From positions 887,013 through 951,012 of the forward strand of contig CAWDWE010000007.1 of NCBI GenBank assembly GCA_963805875.1: a stretch of 64,000 nt of DNA, written 5' to 3'. Under the pieces are notes generated by a model. It ran no database searches and had not been told where the DNA came from. It saw nothing but the letters and a program-made list of their open reading frames with translations. Positions 38,272 to 48,691 of this stretch are shown in pieces. A program made the translations under genes and the position numbers. Source of the stretch: Pirellulaceae bacterium. GTDB lineage: Bacteria; Planctomycetota; Planctomycetia; Pirellulales; Pirellulaceae. The stretch's first letter is position 1, and every line of letters begins with the position of its first letter.

Positions 38272-41156
38272 ATGCGTCGTCGCGGGCCGTTGGCCCCCGG
38301 CTATTTGGCTATTGCGAGTCCCCGCCTATGCGCGTTGCTGCGCGTAACGTCGCTTGTCTTGTTGCTGTTGACGACATCGGTGCGCGCGGACGACGCTTTG
38401 CCACAAGACGATTCGGGCAGGTCTGGAGACCTACCCCACGAGTTCTTTGAGAAGCGGGTGCGGCCGATTCTTGTCGAGCGCTGCCAATCTTGCCACGGGG
38501 CGAAGAAGCAGGAATACGGCTTGCGGCTGGATTCGCGAGCGAGTGTCTTGGCCGGCAGCGACGACGGGGCGGTCGTGCTGTCAGGCAAGCCGGACGAGAG
38601 CAAGCTGGTGCAGGCGATTCGCTACGGCGGCGATATTGAGATGCCGCCGAAGGGGAAGATGTCCGATGAAGAAGTCGCCGTTCTGACGCGCTGGGTGGAG
38701 CTTGGTTTGCCGTGGCCGGGGGAAGGGAGCGGTTCGGATGTCGCGAAGCCGGCCAGCGGCGAGGAGCTTTATCGCGATGCGCGCGAGCATCTCTGGTCGC
38801 TGCAACCGATTGTGCGGCCGCCGCTTCCGCAAGTGAAGGATGCCGCCTGGCCGCGCAAGGCCATCGACTACTACGTGCTCGCAAAGCTCGAAGCCGCCGG
38901 CTTGACGCCCTCGCCGGAGGCCGACCGCCGCACGCTCATTCGCCGGGCGACGTTCGATTTACTCGGCCTACCGCCGACGCCGGAGGAGGTTGAAAGCTTC
39001 ATCGCCGACGAGTCGCCCGACGCTTATGAGAAATTGATCGACCGCCTGCTCGCCTCGCCGGCCTACGGCGAGCGCTGGGGACGGCATTGGCTGGACGTGG
39101 CCCGCTATGCGGACACGAAGGGCTACGCCTTCGGCAAAGAGCGGAAGTTTCCGTATGCGTTCACGTATCGTGATTGGGTGATCCAGTCGCTCAACGCCGA
39201 CATGCCGTACGACGAGTTCGTCGTGCAGCAACTCGCCGCCGATCGCCTGCCGGACAATCCGCCCCGGCAGCATGCCGCGCTCGGCTTGTTGACCGTCGGC
39301 CGCAAGTTCAACAACGATCACGACGACATCGACGATCAGATCGACGTCGTGACCCGCGGATTCTCGGGGCTGACCGTCGCCTGTGCTCGTTGTCACGATC
39401 ACAAGTACGACGCGATTCCAACCGCGGATTATTATTCGCTGTACGGCGTCTTCGCCAGCAGCACCGAGCCGGACGAACGCCCGCTGATCGGCTCGCCGGA
39501 AGAAACGGCCGGGTACGATCAATACAAGGCCGAACTCGACAAGCGGCAGCGGGCGTTCGATGAGTTCATTAACGCCAAACACGCTCAGTTGCTCGAAGAC
39601 GGTCGCGCGAATGTGACGGAGTACCTCGTCCGTGCGACTACCACAAAGCCCGAGGAGTTGCTGGCAAAACTGCCGTTCCTGTCGCTCAACCCCGACGAAC
39701 TCAAGCCGGGGCTATTGACGCGCTGGCGGCAATATCTAGGGGATAATGTTCGGGAGGATCACCCGGTCTGGCGGGCGCTGACGCTGCGCGGCGTGGCGGA
39801 TGATAAGTTTGCCGAGCAGGCGGCATCGCGAATCGCCGCGTGGAAGGAATTGCCAGACGAATCGTTCAATCCGCTGGTCCGGCAAGCCCTGGCCGATCAC
39901 CCGCCGAGGACGAAGGAAGAGCTGGCTCGCGACTACGGTGATTTGCTCCGCGGCGCCTACGACGCCTGGAAAGCGGCGGGCGGCGATGACGCGGTGCGCG
40001 ATAAACTTCCGCCCGCCCAACGCCAATTGCTCGACGAGTTGTTGGGGGCGGGAACTCCCACGAATGTGCCGCGCGAAGAGCTTAAGAGCTACTTGATACG
40101 CGCCGATCGCAATCGCTTTTCGGAATTGGAAAAGAGTGTGCAATCGCACGTCGCCAACTCGCCCGGGTGCCGGCGCGGGCGATGTCGCTGGTTGACAAGC
40201 CGCAGCTTTTCGACCCGCGGGTCTTCATCCGCGGCAATCATCAGCGGCGGGGCGACCGCGTGCCGCGGCAATTCTTGCGGGTGTTGGCCGGCGACTCGCG
40301 AAAGCCTTTCACCGACGGCAGCGGGCGATTGGATTTGGCGCGGGCAATTGTCGCGGCGGACAATCCGCTTACGCCGCGGGTGATCGTCAATCGCGTCTGG
40401 ATGCACCACTTCGGCCAACCGCTGGTCGCCACGCCGAGCGATTTCGGCATGCGCAGCGAGTCGCCGGTGCAGTTGGATGTGCTGGATTATCTGGCGTTTC
40501 GCTTGCAAAGCGGCGGTTGGTCGCTCAAAGACTTGCATCGTGAGATCATGCTGTCCGCAACGTACCGGCAAGCCTCCGTCATTCCGCAATCCGCAATCCG
40601 CAATCCGCAATCCACCGACCCGGAAAACACCCTGCTTTGGCGCATGAATCGCCGGCGGCTGGAATTCGAGCCGATGCGCGACGCCCTGTTGGCGGTGGCG
40701 GGAAATCTCGATCGCACGATGTACGGCCGTCCCGACGAACTGTTCACCAACGCCGCCCTGCGCCGCCGCAGCGTGTACGGATTCATCGACCGGCAAGACC
40801 TGCCGAACCTGCTGCGGGCGTTCGATTTCGCCAGCCCCGACCAATCCGCCGCACGCCGCCCCAACACGAGCGTGCCGCAGCAGTCGCTGTTCTTGATGAA
40901 CTCGCCGTTTGTGATCGAACAGGCAATGGCTTTCGTCGCTCGCCCTGAAATCCAATCGCCGGCGGACCCGCGCCAGCGCATCACAGCAATCTACCACCTG
41001 CTCTTCACCCGCCCGCCCAGCGACAACGAACTGACCGCCGGCGTAGATTTCATCGCCGCCGCCGAAGCCAATAAGACAGACGCCGACAAGCTCACGCCGT
41101 GGCAACAGTACGCCCAGCTTTTGATGCTGACGAATGAGTTTATGTTTGTGGATTGA
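38272..41156 (+). CDS. PSCyt1/PSCyt2/PSD1 (DUF1549/DUF1553) planctomycete cytochrome-c-domain protein. Apparent frame disruption near 40165.
   Basis: Signal peptide. CQSCHGAKKQEYGLRLDS (PSCyt1). WLDVARYADTKGY (DUF1549). C-terminal ...VNRVWMHHFGQPLVATPSDFG... (DUF1553). ORFs 38272..40383 and 40167..41156 are continuous after a slip. Contains an in-frame (CCGCAAT)x4 microsatellite at 40578-40612. Confidence 0.85.
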
Positions 41157-41199
41157 TAACAGAGGCACTATTTCGTATCAAATCTCGATTGCCACGACA

Positions 41200-41667
41200 A
41201 TGAACTCGTCTAAATGGAAGCAATTCGTTGCGGATGGTGGTCTAGAAGCGACATCGTGTTGGTGTTCGTTGGTTGTCGGATCGTTTGTCGGTGCTGCAAT
41301 TCCCGTGATTGAATTTGCGCCAAACCTCGATTACTTTCGTGATTGGCGATTCAATGTCGCTTTCATGGTCGCGATGTTGGCAAGCACTTTCCTTGGATTA
41401 ATCTTAATTCCCTTTTTTGTTGGAGGGCTGATCCGGGATGTTGTTCTGGTGAAGCAAGGCGAGTTCAACGGCGCTCCCGACCGGAAAGGCGACAAAGTGC
41501 AATTGCTGACAAAGGCGCACCGTGACGAGATTGCAGTCGTACTTGCCTACTTCGACGAGTTGCAGTTTCGGGGGCCTTCAGTACAAGTTGAATTTGGGCA
41601 TCAAACACTTTTCCTGAAAACATGGAAGGTGACGCGTGCCCAAAAACCGAAAGAGATCAACGCATGA
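41200..41667 (+). CDS. small 2-TM membrane protein in a low-GC insert. Overlaps the DUF1501 start by 4 nt (ATGA).
   Basis: ATG at 41200. Product MNSSKWKQFVADGG...IPVIEFAPN...FMVAMLASTFLGLILIPFFVGGLI.... Local GC is visibly lower than the flanks. No homolog recognised. Confidence 0.4.
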   Translation: MNSSKWKQFVADGGLEATSCWCSLVVGSFVGAAIPVIEFAPNLDYFRDWRFNVAFMVAMLASTFLGLILIPFFVGGLIRDVVLVKQGEFNGAPDRKGDKVQLLTKAHRDEIAVVLAYFDELQFRGPSVQVEFGHQTLFLKTWKVTRAQKPKEINA

Positions 41668-43070
41668 CCATTCCCGTCTCCCGCCGCGAAGCACTCTACC
41701 GCATCGGCACGGGCATGGGCATGCTCGGCCTGGCTGGTTTGTTGGCGGACGATGCCCGCGGCGGGGAGAATCCGCTGGCGCCGAAGGCCCCGCACTTTCC
41801 GGCCAAGGCGAAGCATGTCATTCACCTGTTTATGAACGGCGGGCCGAGCCATGTGGATACGTTTGATCCCAAGCCGGAGTTGACCAGGCAGCATGGAAAG
41901 GCGCTGCCGATGGAGAATTTGCGGACCGAACGCAAGACGGGCACCGCATTCAAGTCGCCGTATGCGTTTAAGAAGTACGGCCAAAGCGGGCTGGAGGTTA
42001 GCGAGATTTTTCAGCACACGGCCCAGCATATCGACGACATCGCGGTCATCCGTTCGATGCAGGCGGACGTGCCGAATCACGAGCCGTCGCTTTCGCTGAT
42101 GAACTGCGGACAATCGCAGGTCGTGCGGCCGAGCATGGGGTCGTGGGTCACGTATGGCCTGGGGACGGAGAACCAGAACTTGCCCGGCTTCGTCGCCATG
42201 TGTCCGGGCGGGTATCCGATCAAGGAGACGCAAAATTGGCAGTGTGCGTTCTTGCCCGGCGTGTTTCAGGGGACGTATGTCAATTCGCAGCATACCGAGG
42301 TCGACAAGCTGCTGGAGAACATCACCAATCATCACCTCTCCCGCGACGCCCAGCGGCGGCAGCTTGATATGCTCGCCCGGCTTAACGCCGCCCATTTCGA
42401 CCAGCGGCAAGGCGATCCGGCGCTCGAGGCCCGTATTCAGTCGTTCGAGCTGGCGTACCGCATGCAGATGGACGCGGCCGACGCGTTTGACGCCTCGAAG
42501 GAGCCGAAGAACGTCCTCGACGCCTACGGTCCCGGCACGCAAGCCCGGCAGATTCTCATCGCCCGGCGGCTGGTCGAGCGGGGCGTGCGGTTCGTGCAGG
42601 TTTGGCACGGGGCGGGGCAGCCGTGGGACAACCACGACGACATCGAAGCCAACCACCGCCGCCTGGCCGGGCAGTGCGATCAGGCGATAGCGGCGCTGAT
42701 CAGCGATTTGAAACGCCTAGGGCTCTTCGAGGAAACGCTCATCCTCTGGGGCGGAGAGTTCGGCCGCACGCCGACCGTCGAACTGCCGCAAGCGGGGGCC
42801 AACGCCGGCAAAATCAACGGCCGCGACCACAACCACTGGGGTTTCACCTGCTGGCTGGCCGGCGGCGGGGTGAAAGGAGGGCAAGCCTACGGGGCGACGG
42901 ACGATTTCGGCTTCAAGGCGGTCGAGAACCCCGTCCACGTCCACGACCTGCACGCCACCATGTTGCACCTCTTGGGCTTCGACCACACCAAGCTCACCTA
43001 CCGCTACGCCGGGCGAGACTTTCGCCTGACGGACGTGCATGGTGAGGTGGTGCGGGAGTTGATTGCATAA
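41664..43070 (+). CDS. DUF1501 domain protein (sulfatase-fold, Tat-secreted), usual partner of PSD1 proteins
   Basis: Tat-like MTIPVSRREALYRIGTGMGMLGLAGL. ...HVIHLFMNGGPSHVDTFDPK...GGEFGRTP...GRDHN. 468 aa. Confidence 0.9.
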   Translation: MTIPVSRREALYRIGTGMGMLGLAGLLADDARGGENPLAPKAPHFPAKAKHVIHLFMNGGPSHVDTFDPKPELTRQHGKALPMENLRTERKTGTAFKSPYAFKKYGQSGLEVSEIFQHTAQHIDDIAVIRSMQADVPNHEPSLSLMNCGQSQVVRPSMGSWVTYGLGTENQNLPGFVAMCPGGYPIKETQNWQCAFLPGVFQGTYVNSQHTEVDKLLENITNHHLSRDAQRRQLDMLARLNAAHFDQRQGDPALEARIQSFELAYRMQMDAADAFDASKEPKNVLDAYGPGTQARQILIARRLVERGVRFVQVWHGAGQPWDNHDDIEANHRRLAGQCDQAIAALISDLKRLGLFEETLILWGGEFGRTPTVELPQAGANAGKINGRDHNHWGFTCWLAGGGVKGGQAYGATDDFGFKAVENPVHVHDLHATMLHLLGFDHTKLTYRYAGRDFRLTDVHGEVVRELIA

Positions 43071-43090
43071 TAGTAAGTGGGGCGCTGAGA

Positions 43091-43360
43091 ATGGTCGAGT
43101 CGAATCCCTACGATCCGCCGCACACGGAAGTCACAGCACGGTCGCATAAGCGGTATGAAAAACCGCGCGACCTGTGGTTGGGGCTGAGTGGGGTCGCGGC
43201 TGGAGTCCTGGCGCTGGCATTTCAGGTGATGCTGTGGGGCATGCTCGGTGCCGTTTTTTGGTTTCTTTTGGGAGGCGGAGTGGGGTTATTGGCGGTCGGG
43301 GCGATGCGATTGTGGGCGTATCTTTCCGACCGAAGTTATTCGCAGCAAGTGGCGGAGTAG
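43091..43360 (+). CDS. small membrane protein (89 aa)
   Basis: Two hydrophobic helices (LGLSGVAAGVLALAFQVMLWGML, FWFLLGGGVGLLAVGAM). ORF only. Confidence 0.35.
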   Translation: MVESNPYDPPHTEVTARSHKRYEKPRDLWLGLSGVAAGVLALAFQVMLWGMLGAVFWFLLGGGVGLLAVGAMRLWAYLSDRSYSQQVAE

Positions 43361-43444
43361 ATTTCCGCATGGCCGCATACTGCTTGATTGCGGGCTTTCA
43401 GTTGTGGTGAGTCATCATTTACCGCGAAGCGGTTTCACAGCGCA

Positions 43445-43650
43445 GCCCAGGGTCGCGGCGCAGCCGCGCACCCTGGGTTTCTGCACAATCGAGAAGCGTT
43501 ACGCCAAAGGCGTTAAACAAGCGTGCCGCGATATGTGTAACGCCTTCGGCGTAACGGGATTCTCTCCATCGCGTACCCAGGGTGCGCGGCTGCGCCGCGA
43601 CCCTGGGCTATGTTGTGTAACGCCTTCGGCGTATGTACGGCTGCGCCGAC
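43445..43650. repeat. MITE-like palindromic element (inverted repeats CCCAGGGTCGCGGCGCAGCCGCGCACCCTGGG plus internal GTAACGCCTTCGGCGTAACG hairpins)
   Basis: Left inverted repeat 43449-43480. Right inverted repeat 43575-43606 (CCCAGGGTGCGCGGCTGCGCCGCGACCCTGGG). TGTGTAACGCCTTCGGCGTA present three times. The overlapping ORF 43248..43664 is spurious. Confidence 0.55.
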
Positions 43651-43714
43651 ACGATGCGTGCTAACGGTACGCGCGAACGAAACATGAAAGAGCTGACAAG
43701 CTGGCGGCTTGTCG

Positions 43715-44572
43715 CTACGCGGTCGCGGCGAGCATGACGGCGACGACGAGGATGGCTAGGGGCAGGATTCCGTGCGCCAGCCAGCGGCGCCAGCCAGTGA
43801 GTTTCGCCAGCGGGCCGATGGCGCCGATCCCCAGGGCCAGCGGGGCGAAGGGGACCAGGGCGTAGCTGGCTGTGGGCACGTCGGCGAAGGTTTCGGTTTT
43901 GCCGATCAGCATCAGGCCGGCGGTTAGCACGGCGTAGGTGAGAGCGATGCCATCAAGGGACAGTCGCCGACAGGAGTCGCCTCCCACAGTCTTCGTCAAG
44001 AAGCAGGAGACGATGGTGATGCCGAGCATGGCGCCGGCGGCTGCGCCTGCGGTTTGGGCGAAGCTGGCGATTTTGCCGAGGAAAATTATCACCGCACACG
44101 TGGCCAGCGTGAGTCCCAACACGACCGGCAACAGCAGTCCGCGGGATTTGTTCGTCAGCGGATGCAACAAACTCGCCAGGATCACGACCGCTGGCGTCCA
44201 GACGGCGAAGTAGATCCAGCGTGCAGGCTCAAGATTGGGGCGACTGGGAATCAACAGCCAAGCGGCGACCAGCGCGGCCAGCGAGAACAACACCACCCGC
44301 TCGATCCACGAAACACCCCGGACGCTGGCGACCGGGCCAACAGCCATGGTCATCAAGACCGCATACGGCAGGCACTGCCAAGAGGACTTTGGCTGCCAGG
44401 GTCCGATCTCCAGCAGCCAATAACCGACGAGCGTTCCGCCGACCAGCGCCAGGCTCGCGGCAAAGCGCTTCGCCAACTCGCCGGGCACCGTCTGCAAAAT
44501 GAACGTAGCAATACCGGCCACGGCAGCCGGTATCGCTAAGGTCTTGAGAAAGACGAGTGCCTCGGGCGGCAT
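43715..44572 (-). CDS. polytopic membrane protein (8-9 TM), function unknown
   Basis: Hydrophobic throughout (...IPAAVAGIATFILQTV..., ...LLLPVVLGLTLATCAVIIFLG...). 3 nt downstream-adjacent to the YceI gene. Confidence 0.5.
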   Translation of the reverse strand: MPPEALVFLKTLAIPAAVAGIATFILQTVPGELAKRFAASLALVGGTLVGYWLLEIGPWQPKSSWQCLPYAVLMTMAVGPVASVRGVSWIERVVLFSLAALVAAWLLIPSRPNLEPARWIYFAVWTPAVVILASLLHPLTNKSRGLLLPVVLGLTLATCAVIIFLGKIASFAQTAGAAAGAMLGITIVSCFLTKTVGGDSCRRLSLDGIALTYAVLTAGLMLIGKTETFADVPTASYALVPFAPLALGIGAIGPLAKLTGWRRWLAHGILPLAILVVAVMLAATA

Positions 44573-44577
44573 GAGAC

Positions 44578-45243
44578 CTACTTGCCGACGGTGACGGTCA
44601 TTTTGACTTCCTTCTCAACATTTTCCACGCCGAAGTTCATGCCGAACTCGGTGCGGTCGATGGTGAAGTCAGACCCGAGCGTCAGGCCGCCGTCGGTCGA
44701 GACGGTCGCGGGAAAGGTGATCGACTTCGTCTCGCCGAGCATCGTCAGGTCGCCCGTGATGTTGACTTTCCCGTCGCCGGCGTCTTCGATGGCGGTCGAC
44801 TTGAATGTCGCTATGGGGTGGGTGTTGACGTCAAAGAAATCGGCCGTCTTAAGGTGCTTGGTGAGATCCTCGTGCTCCGTGTTGATCGACGTGGTGTCAA
44901 TTTCCACCTCGACGGATTGCAGCTTGTCGCCATCGACCTTGGCCGTCCCCTTCAGCCCTTCGAACCAGCCGTTGTTGTCGGGTTTCGTCTTGTCGACATG
45001 TGCTCCGACAAACTTGATCTTCGTATTCTCCGGCGTGAGGGCGACGTCGCTGCCGGCGGCGGCCGCCGTATCGCTGCCGCTGCCTCCGCCCGATTGTTCA
45101 TCGCCGGCGGAGGCTGCCGCGTCGGTGCCGCCCTTTGCGCCGCCGGCTGCCGGCGTGGTTGTGCCGCTGCCGGAATCTATCGTGTTGGAACAACCGGCCA
45201 GGGCAAGGCTGAACAAGACCAATGCAAAACAGACGCGTTTCAT
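44578..45243 (-). CDS. YceI family lipoprotein
   Basis: MKRVCFALVLFSLALAGC lipobox with AGGAG RBS. C-terminal YceI-like domain ...KFVGAHVDKTK...SVEVEIDTTSINTEHEDLTKHLKTADFFDVNTHPIATFKS...GDLTMLGETKSITF.... Confidence 0.8.
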   Translation of the reverse strand: MKRVCFALVLFSLALAGCSNTIDSGSGTTTPAAGGAKGGTDAAASAGDEQSGGGSGSDTAAAAGSDVALTPENTKIKFVGAHVDKTKPDNNGWFEGLKGTAKVDGDKLQSVEVEIDTTSINTEHEDLTKHLKTADFFDVNTHPIATFKSTAIEDAGDGKVNITGDLTMLGETKSITFPATVSTDGGLTLGSDFTIDRTEFGMNFGVENVEKEVKMTVTVGK

Positions 45244-45401
45244 GACGGACTCCTGGGAGAATGTGTTTTCGGTCAAATAATTAGTCGCTGGCAACGGGCC
45301 AACGGGCTAACGACTGATTATCCGCATATTCGCGGCGGCGACAATGACCGCGCGGCAGGGGCGGCTCAGGTACAGGCTGGCGGGCTAGGGAGCGCCTCGG
45401 T

Positions 45402-46589
45402 CTACTTTTCCAGCCGGCGGTGTTTCTTCAATATCTCTAGCAGGCGGTCGTGCGGGAGGGCGTGGACGGTGTGTCCGTCGACGCCGGTCATCGTTTCGGC
45501 GGCGACCAGGGCGTTGATGATCGCCTCTTCGGTCGCCTCGACGGTCGCGGCGAAGATCGGATTCAGGCTGGCGTTGCCGAGCATGTTGAGCGGAATCAGC
45601 CCGCCTTGTTCGGTGCCGATATTGCGATGGGCGGTCGAGAAAGCGATGAAGATGTCGCCCGAGCCGTTGTTGGCGGTCGCCCCCATTCGCCCAATGCCCA
45701 AGCTGGCCCGCTTGGCGATTCGTTTGAGTTGATGCGGCAGCACCGGCGCGTCGGTGGCGATGACGACGATGATCGAACCGTCTTCGTCCTGCGGCTTGAC
45801 CTCCTCTTCCGGCAACTCGGGCATCAAGTCGGCGATCTCCTGCCCGACCGGCACGCCGGCGATCCGCAATTGCTCGCGGTCGCCGAAGTTCGCCTGCACC
45901 AGCACGCCGACGGTATACTCACCGTGATCCGTCTCGATCATGCGCGACGCGGTGCCGATGCCCGCCTTAAAGTCAAACGCGCGCATCCCCGTGCCGCTGC
46001 CGACGTTGCCTTCTTCGACTGGGCCGGAGTGGGCGTCGTCGATGGCTTCAAATACGTGCTTGCGCTTGACATGAAAACCGTTAATGTCGTTGAGCAATCC
46101 GTCCCAAGTCTCAGCCACGACCGGCAGGCTCCAATCGAGATCGTCCACGTGCTTAGTGGACCACTGGATGATCGCCTGATGCACCGTCCCCACGCTGTGC
46201 GTGTTGGTGATGGCGATCGGGCCTTCCATAATGCCCGACTCTTCGATCCACGTCGTGCCGGTCATCTCGCCGTCGGCGTTGAGGGTGAACCACCCCGCGA
46301 AGACCTGGTTCTTGGCGTGCTTGTCTTCGGGAAAGACGACCGTCACACCGGTGCGAACCGGGCCTTTGCCTTCCTCCAGCGGACCGTCCCCCGAGATCAG
46401 CGTACAGTGCCCGACGCTCACGCCGGCGACATCCGTGATAGCATTCCACTCGCCGGGCGTTCCGTCCAGCGGCACGCCGAGATCTCGTGCCCGCGGCCGC
46501 TCGGGGGCATCCGCGGCGTGGGCCGATCCGTGCCAGCACGAAACGAGCGCCATGCAAGCAACTCTGGCGTATATTCTCACCAAGTACAT
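45402..46589 (-). CDS. P1/S58 family peptidase (DmpA/L-aminopeptidase-like, Ntn-hydrolase)
   Basis: Signal peptide. ...GPLDGTPGEWNAITDVAGVSVGHCTL...GSGTGMRAFDFKAGIGTASR...IVVIATDAPL... follows the DmpA/S58 pattern, including the G-S/T autoprocessing region. GGAG RBS before the ATG at 46589. Confidence 0.75.
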   Translation of the reverse strand: MYLVRIYARVACMALVSCWHGSAHAADAPERPRARDLGVPLDGTPGEWNAITDVAGVSVGHCTLISGDGPLEEGKGPVRTGVTVVFPEDKHAKNQVFAGWFTLNADGEMTGTTWIEESGIMEGPIAITNTHSVGTVHQAIIQWSTKHVDDLDWSLPVVAETWDGLLNDINGFHVKRKHVFEAIDDAHSGPVEEGNVGSGTGMRAFDFKAGIGTASRMIETDHGEYTVGVLVQANFGDREQLRIAGVPVGQEIADLMPELPEEEVKPQDEDGSIIVVIATDAPVLPHQLKRIAKRASLGIGRMGATANNGSGDIFIAFSTAHRNIGTEQGGLIPLNMLGNASLNPIFAATVEATEEAIINALVAAETMTGVDGHTVHALPHDRLLEILKKHRRLEK

Positions 46590-46899
46590 CGTATTTCTCC
46601 GCAGCTTTGACATCGCATCGGGTGCTATCGCCGGCGGGCGCTGTGGTCGGCGGCAAATTGAGAAAAGTTTCGTCAACCGGCACAATTTGCCTGACCGTTA
46701 CTACCGACATATGCCGATCACATTCACGAATATGCCGCAATTTTCCCCCAGAAAACCGCTTCGCCCCGCAAAAATACGCACCAAACCATTGCCGTCTGCT
46801 CGATAGGTAAACAGACGTAATAGGCGTGCGGGGCTGGCGGGATTCTCCCCACGCTGCTGCATATCCAAAACACTAGCCCATAGTTCATGGAGGGGCGTT

Positions 46900-48231
46900 G
46901 TGAGATCGAATAATCAAACACTCGCTAGTCTGCTGTTGGCCGCGTTGGCCACGGTTATGCTGCCGGGCCTCGTAGGGGCACAAGAGGCTGCTGACCAACC
47001 CACCGGTCCGTTTGCCGTCGAATACGTTCAGCCGCAAATCGGCGCGCAACCTCAGCCTTCGCAAGGCTTCTCGATCGAATACGTGCAACCGTCCGAAGCC
47101 GACGGCGACGCACATTTTAACCCGACCGAAGGTGCGGTTCGCACCGACGACGAGGACGAAGACGATTTCGATGCGGACGATTACGATGAAGACGATTACT
47201 ACGACCCGTGGGGTGGTTGGCTCCAGGCCGGTTTCACGGCCAATCCCTACGGCCCCAGCGACGGCCGCAACGGCACGGTCGGCTTGAACGACTTCGCCAA
47301 CCAAATCCAGGGCAACCAGTTCTGGCTGTTCGCCCAGCGCGTGCCGGTCTATGAGCCGTGCGTGTTTGATTACGGCTACCGGGTCGACGCCATCTACGGG
47401 ACCGACGGCCGGTTCTTCCAGATGCCGGATATCGAAGGGGGCTGGAACCAGACCAGCGACTACCAACTTTCGCTGCTGCGTTTCTATGTCGACTTGGCCT
47501 ACGACAAGTGGAACCTCCGCGTGGGCCGATTCGACTCGCTGGTCGGTTACGAATCGTTCGAGGCGCCGCAGAACTTCTTCTACTCGCACTCGTATGCGTT
47601 CAACTTCGGTACGCCCACCTCCTACATCGGCGGCATGCTATCTTACCAAGCGACCGAACAGCTTGAATTTAACCTCGTCTACGGCCGAGGATCCAATCAA
47701 TTGCTCAGCTCCCCGGCGAATACAGATGGCAACGCCATCTCCGGCGGTTTCTCGTGGAAAAGCATCGACGAGCAATCGTGGTCGGATTGCTATTTCCACA
47801 CGGATGATCTGAATGACAGCATCATCTACACCCTGGCCGCCGGAACCAAGCTCAACTGCAACACCGACGGCATGGTGCAAATCCTCCGCGGTAATCAGCG
47901 CGGCCAAACGTGGTACGGGGCCTACACCCAAATCTACCACTACATCAACGACTGCTGGTCGGCCGGAGTGCGGGCGGAGTGGTTCCGCGATGACGACGGC
48001 GGCGTCGTCACCGGCTTCGACAATATCAGCTCGACGACCGGGCCGTACGTTGGCAACTTCTACGCTTTGACCTTCGCGGTCAACTACGAACCGTGCCAAA
48101 ACTTCTCGATTCGCCCGGAAGTGCGGTACGACTGGTACGCCCAAGACAACGCGGGCGGCCCGCTGCCGTTCGACGATGGCACCAAGGCCGAACAGTTCCT
48201 GATGAGCCTGGACTTCATCTACACGTTCTAA
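46900..48231 (+). CDS. putative outer-membrane beta-barrel protein (porin-like)
   Basis: Signal peptide MRSNNQTLASLLLAALATVMLPGLVGAQEA. Highly acidic DE-rich N-terminal region. Alternating amphipathic beta-strand pattern rich in Y/W/G. C-terminal ...LDFIYTF terminal-aromatic OMP signature. Confidence 0.55.
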   Translation: MRSNNQTLASLLLAALATVMLPGLVGAQEAADQPTGPFAVEYVQPQIGAQPQPSQGFSIEYVQPSEADGDAHFNPTEGAVRTDDEDEDDFDADDYDEDDYYDPWGGWLQAGFTANPYGPSDGRNGTVGLNDFANQIQGNQFWLFAQRVPVYEPCVFDYGYRVDAIYGTDGRFFQMPDIEGGWNQTSDYQLSLLRFYVDLAYDKWNLRVGRFDSLVGYESFEAPQNFFYSHSYAFNFGTPTSYIGGMLSYQATEQLEFNLVYGRGSNQLLSSPANTDGNAISGGFSWKSIDEQSWSDCYFHTDDLNDSIIYTLAAGTKLNCNTDGMVQILRGNQRGQTWYGAYTQIYHYINDCWSAGVRAEWFRDDDGGVVTGFDNISSTTGPYVGNFYALTFAVNYEPCQNFSIRPEVRYDWYAQDNAGGPLPFDDGTKAEQFLMSLDFIYTF

Positions 48232-48282
48232 CGCCTCACGGCAAAACGAACCCTCGGGCCATCGGCCGGAGGCGAAAACACC

Positions 48283-48316
48283 AGGGCGACGTCGAATTCG
48301 ACGTCGCCCTTTTTTC
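48283..48316 (+). terminator. rho-independent terminator
   Basis: AGGGCGACGTCGAATTCGACGTCGCCCT perfect palindrome followed by TTTTTT, 50 nt after the OMP stop. Confidence 0.65.
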
Positions 48317-48691
48317 GTTACCCCATTTGTTCAATCCAACCGGTCATGCCATTACCACCAAACCACCCATAACTGTTAAATTCTAGATTTCTTGCCTCGG
48401 GAGGCTTGATACCCCTCAAAAGCACGCTAACCTAGGGAAGCTAGGGGGAACTTAGTGGAGGCACTATGGGAAGAGGTAGGGGTAGGGTGCGTCGAGCAAA
48501 GCCTTACCGTTGGTGGGTCGGCGCTCGCTGGCCAGTTTGCCGAGGAGTACAAGGTGTGAACGGCCGCTTTGCGCTGACGCACCAGTTACTCGGACAAGCT
48601 TGACCCACCCTACTTGAACCGCACGGATGGCTGGCGAATTGTGGATTGCACCATCGACGAGCACCTTCACTAGCGGGAGCGAGGTTCTAGG

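Noticed and set aside
40089-41168. 359-aa minus-strand ORF (also 41601..42656 and 51372..52448)
   Set aside because: Antisense to the PSD1, DUF1501 and KamA genes respectively. High-GC open frames are common without coding.
43248-43664. 138-aa ORF
   Set aside because: Lies entirely on the palindromic MITE-like element 43445-43650.
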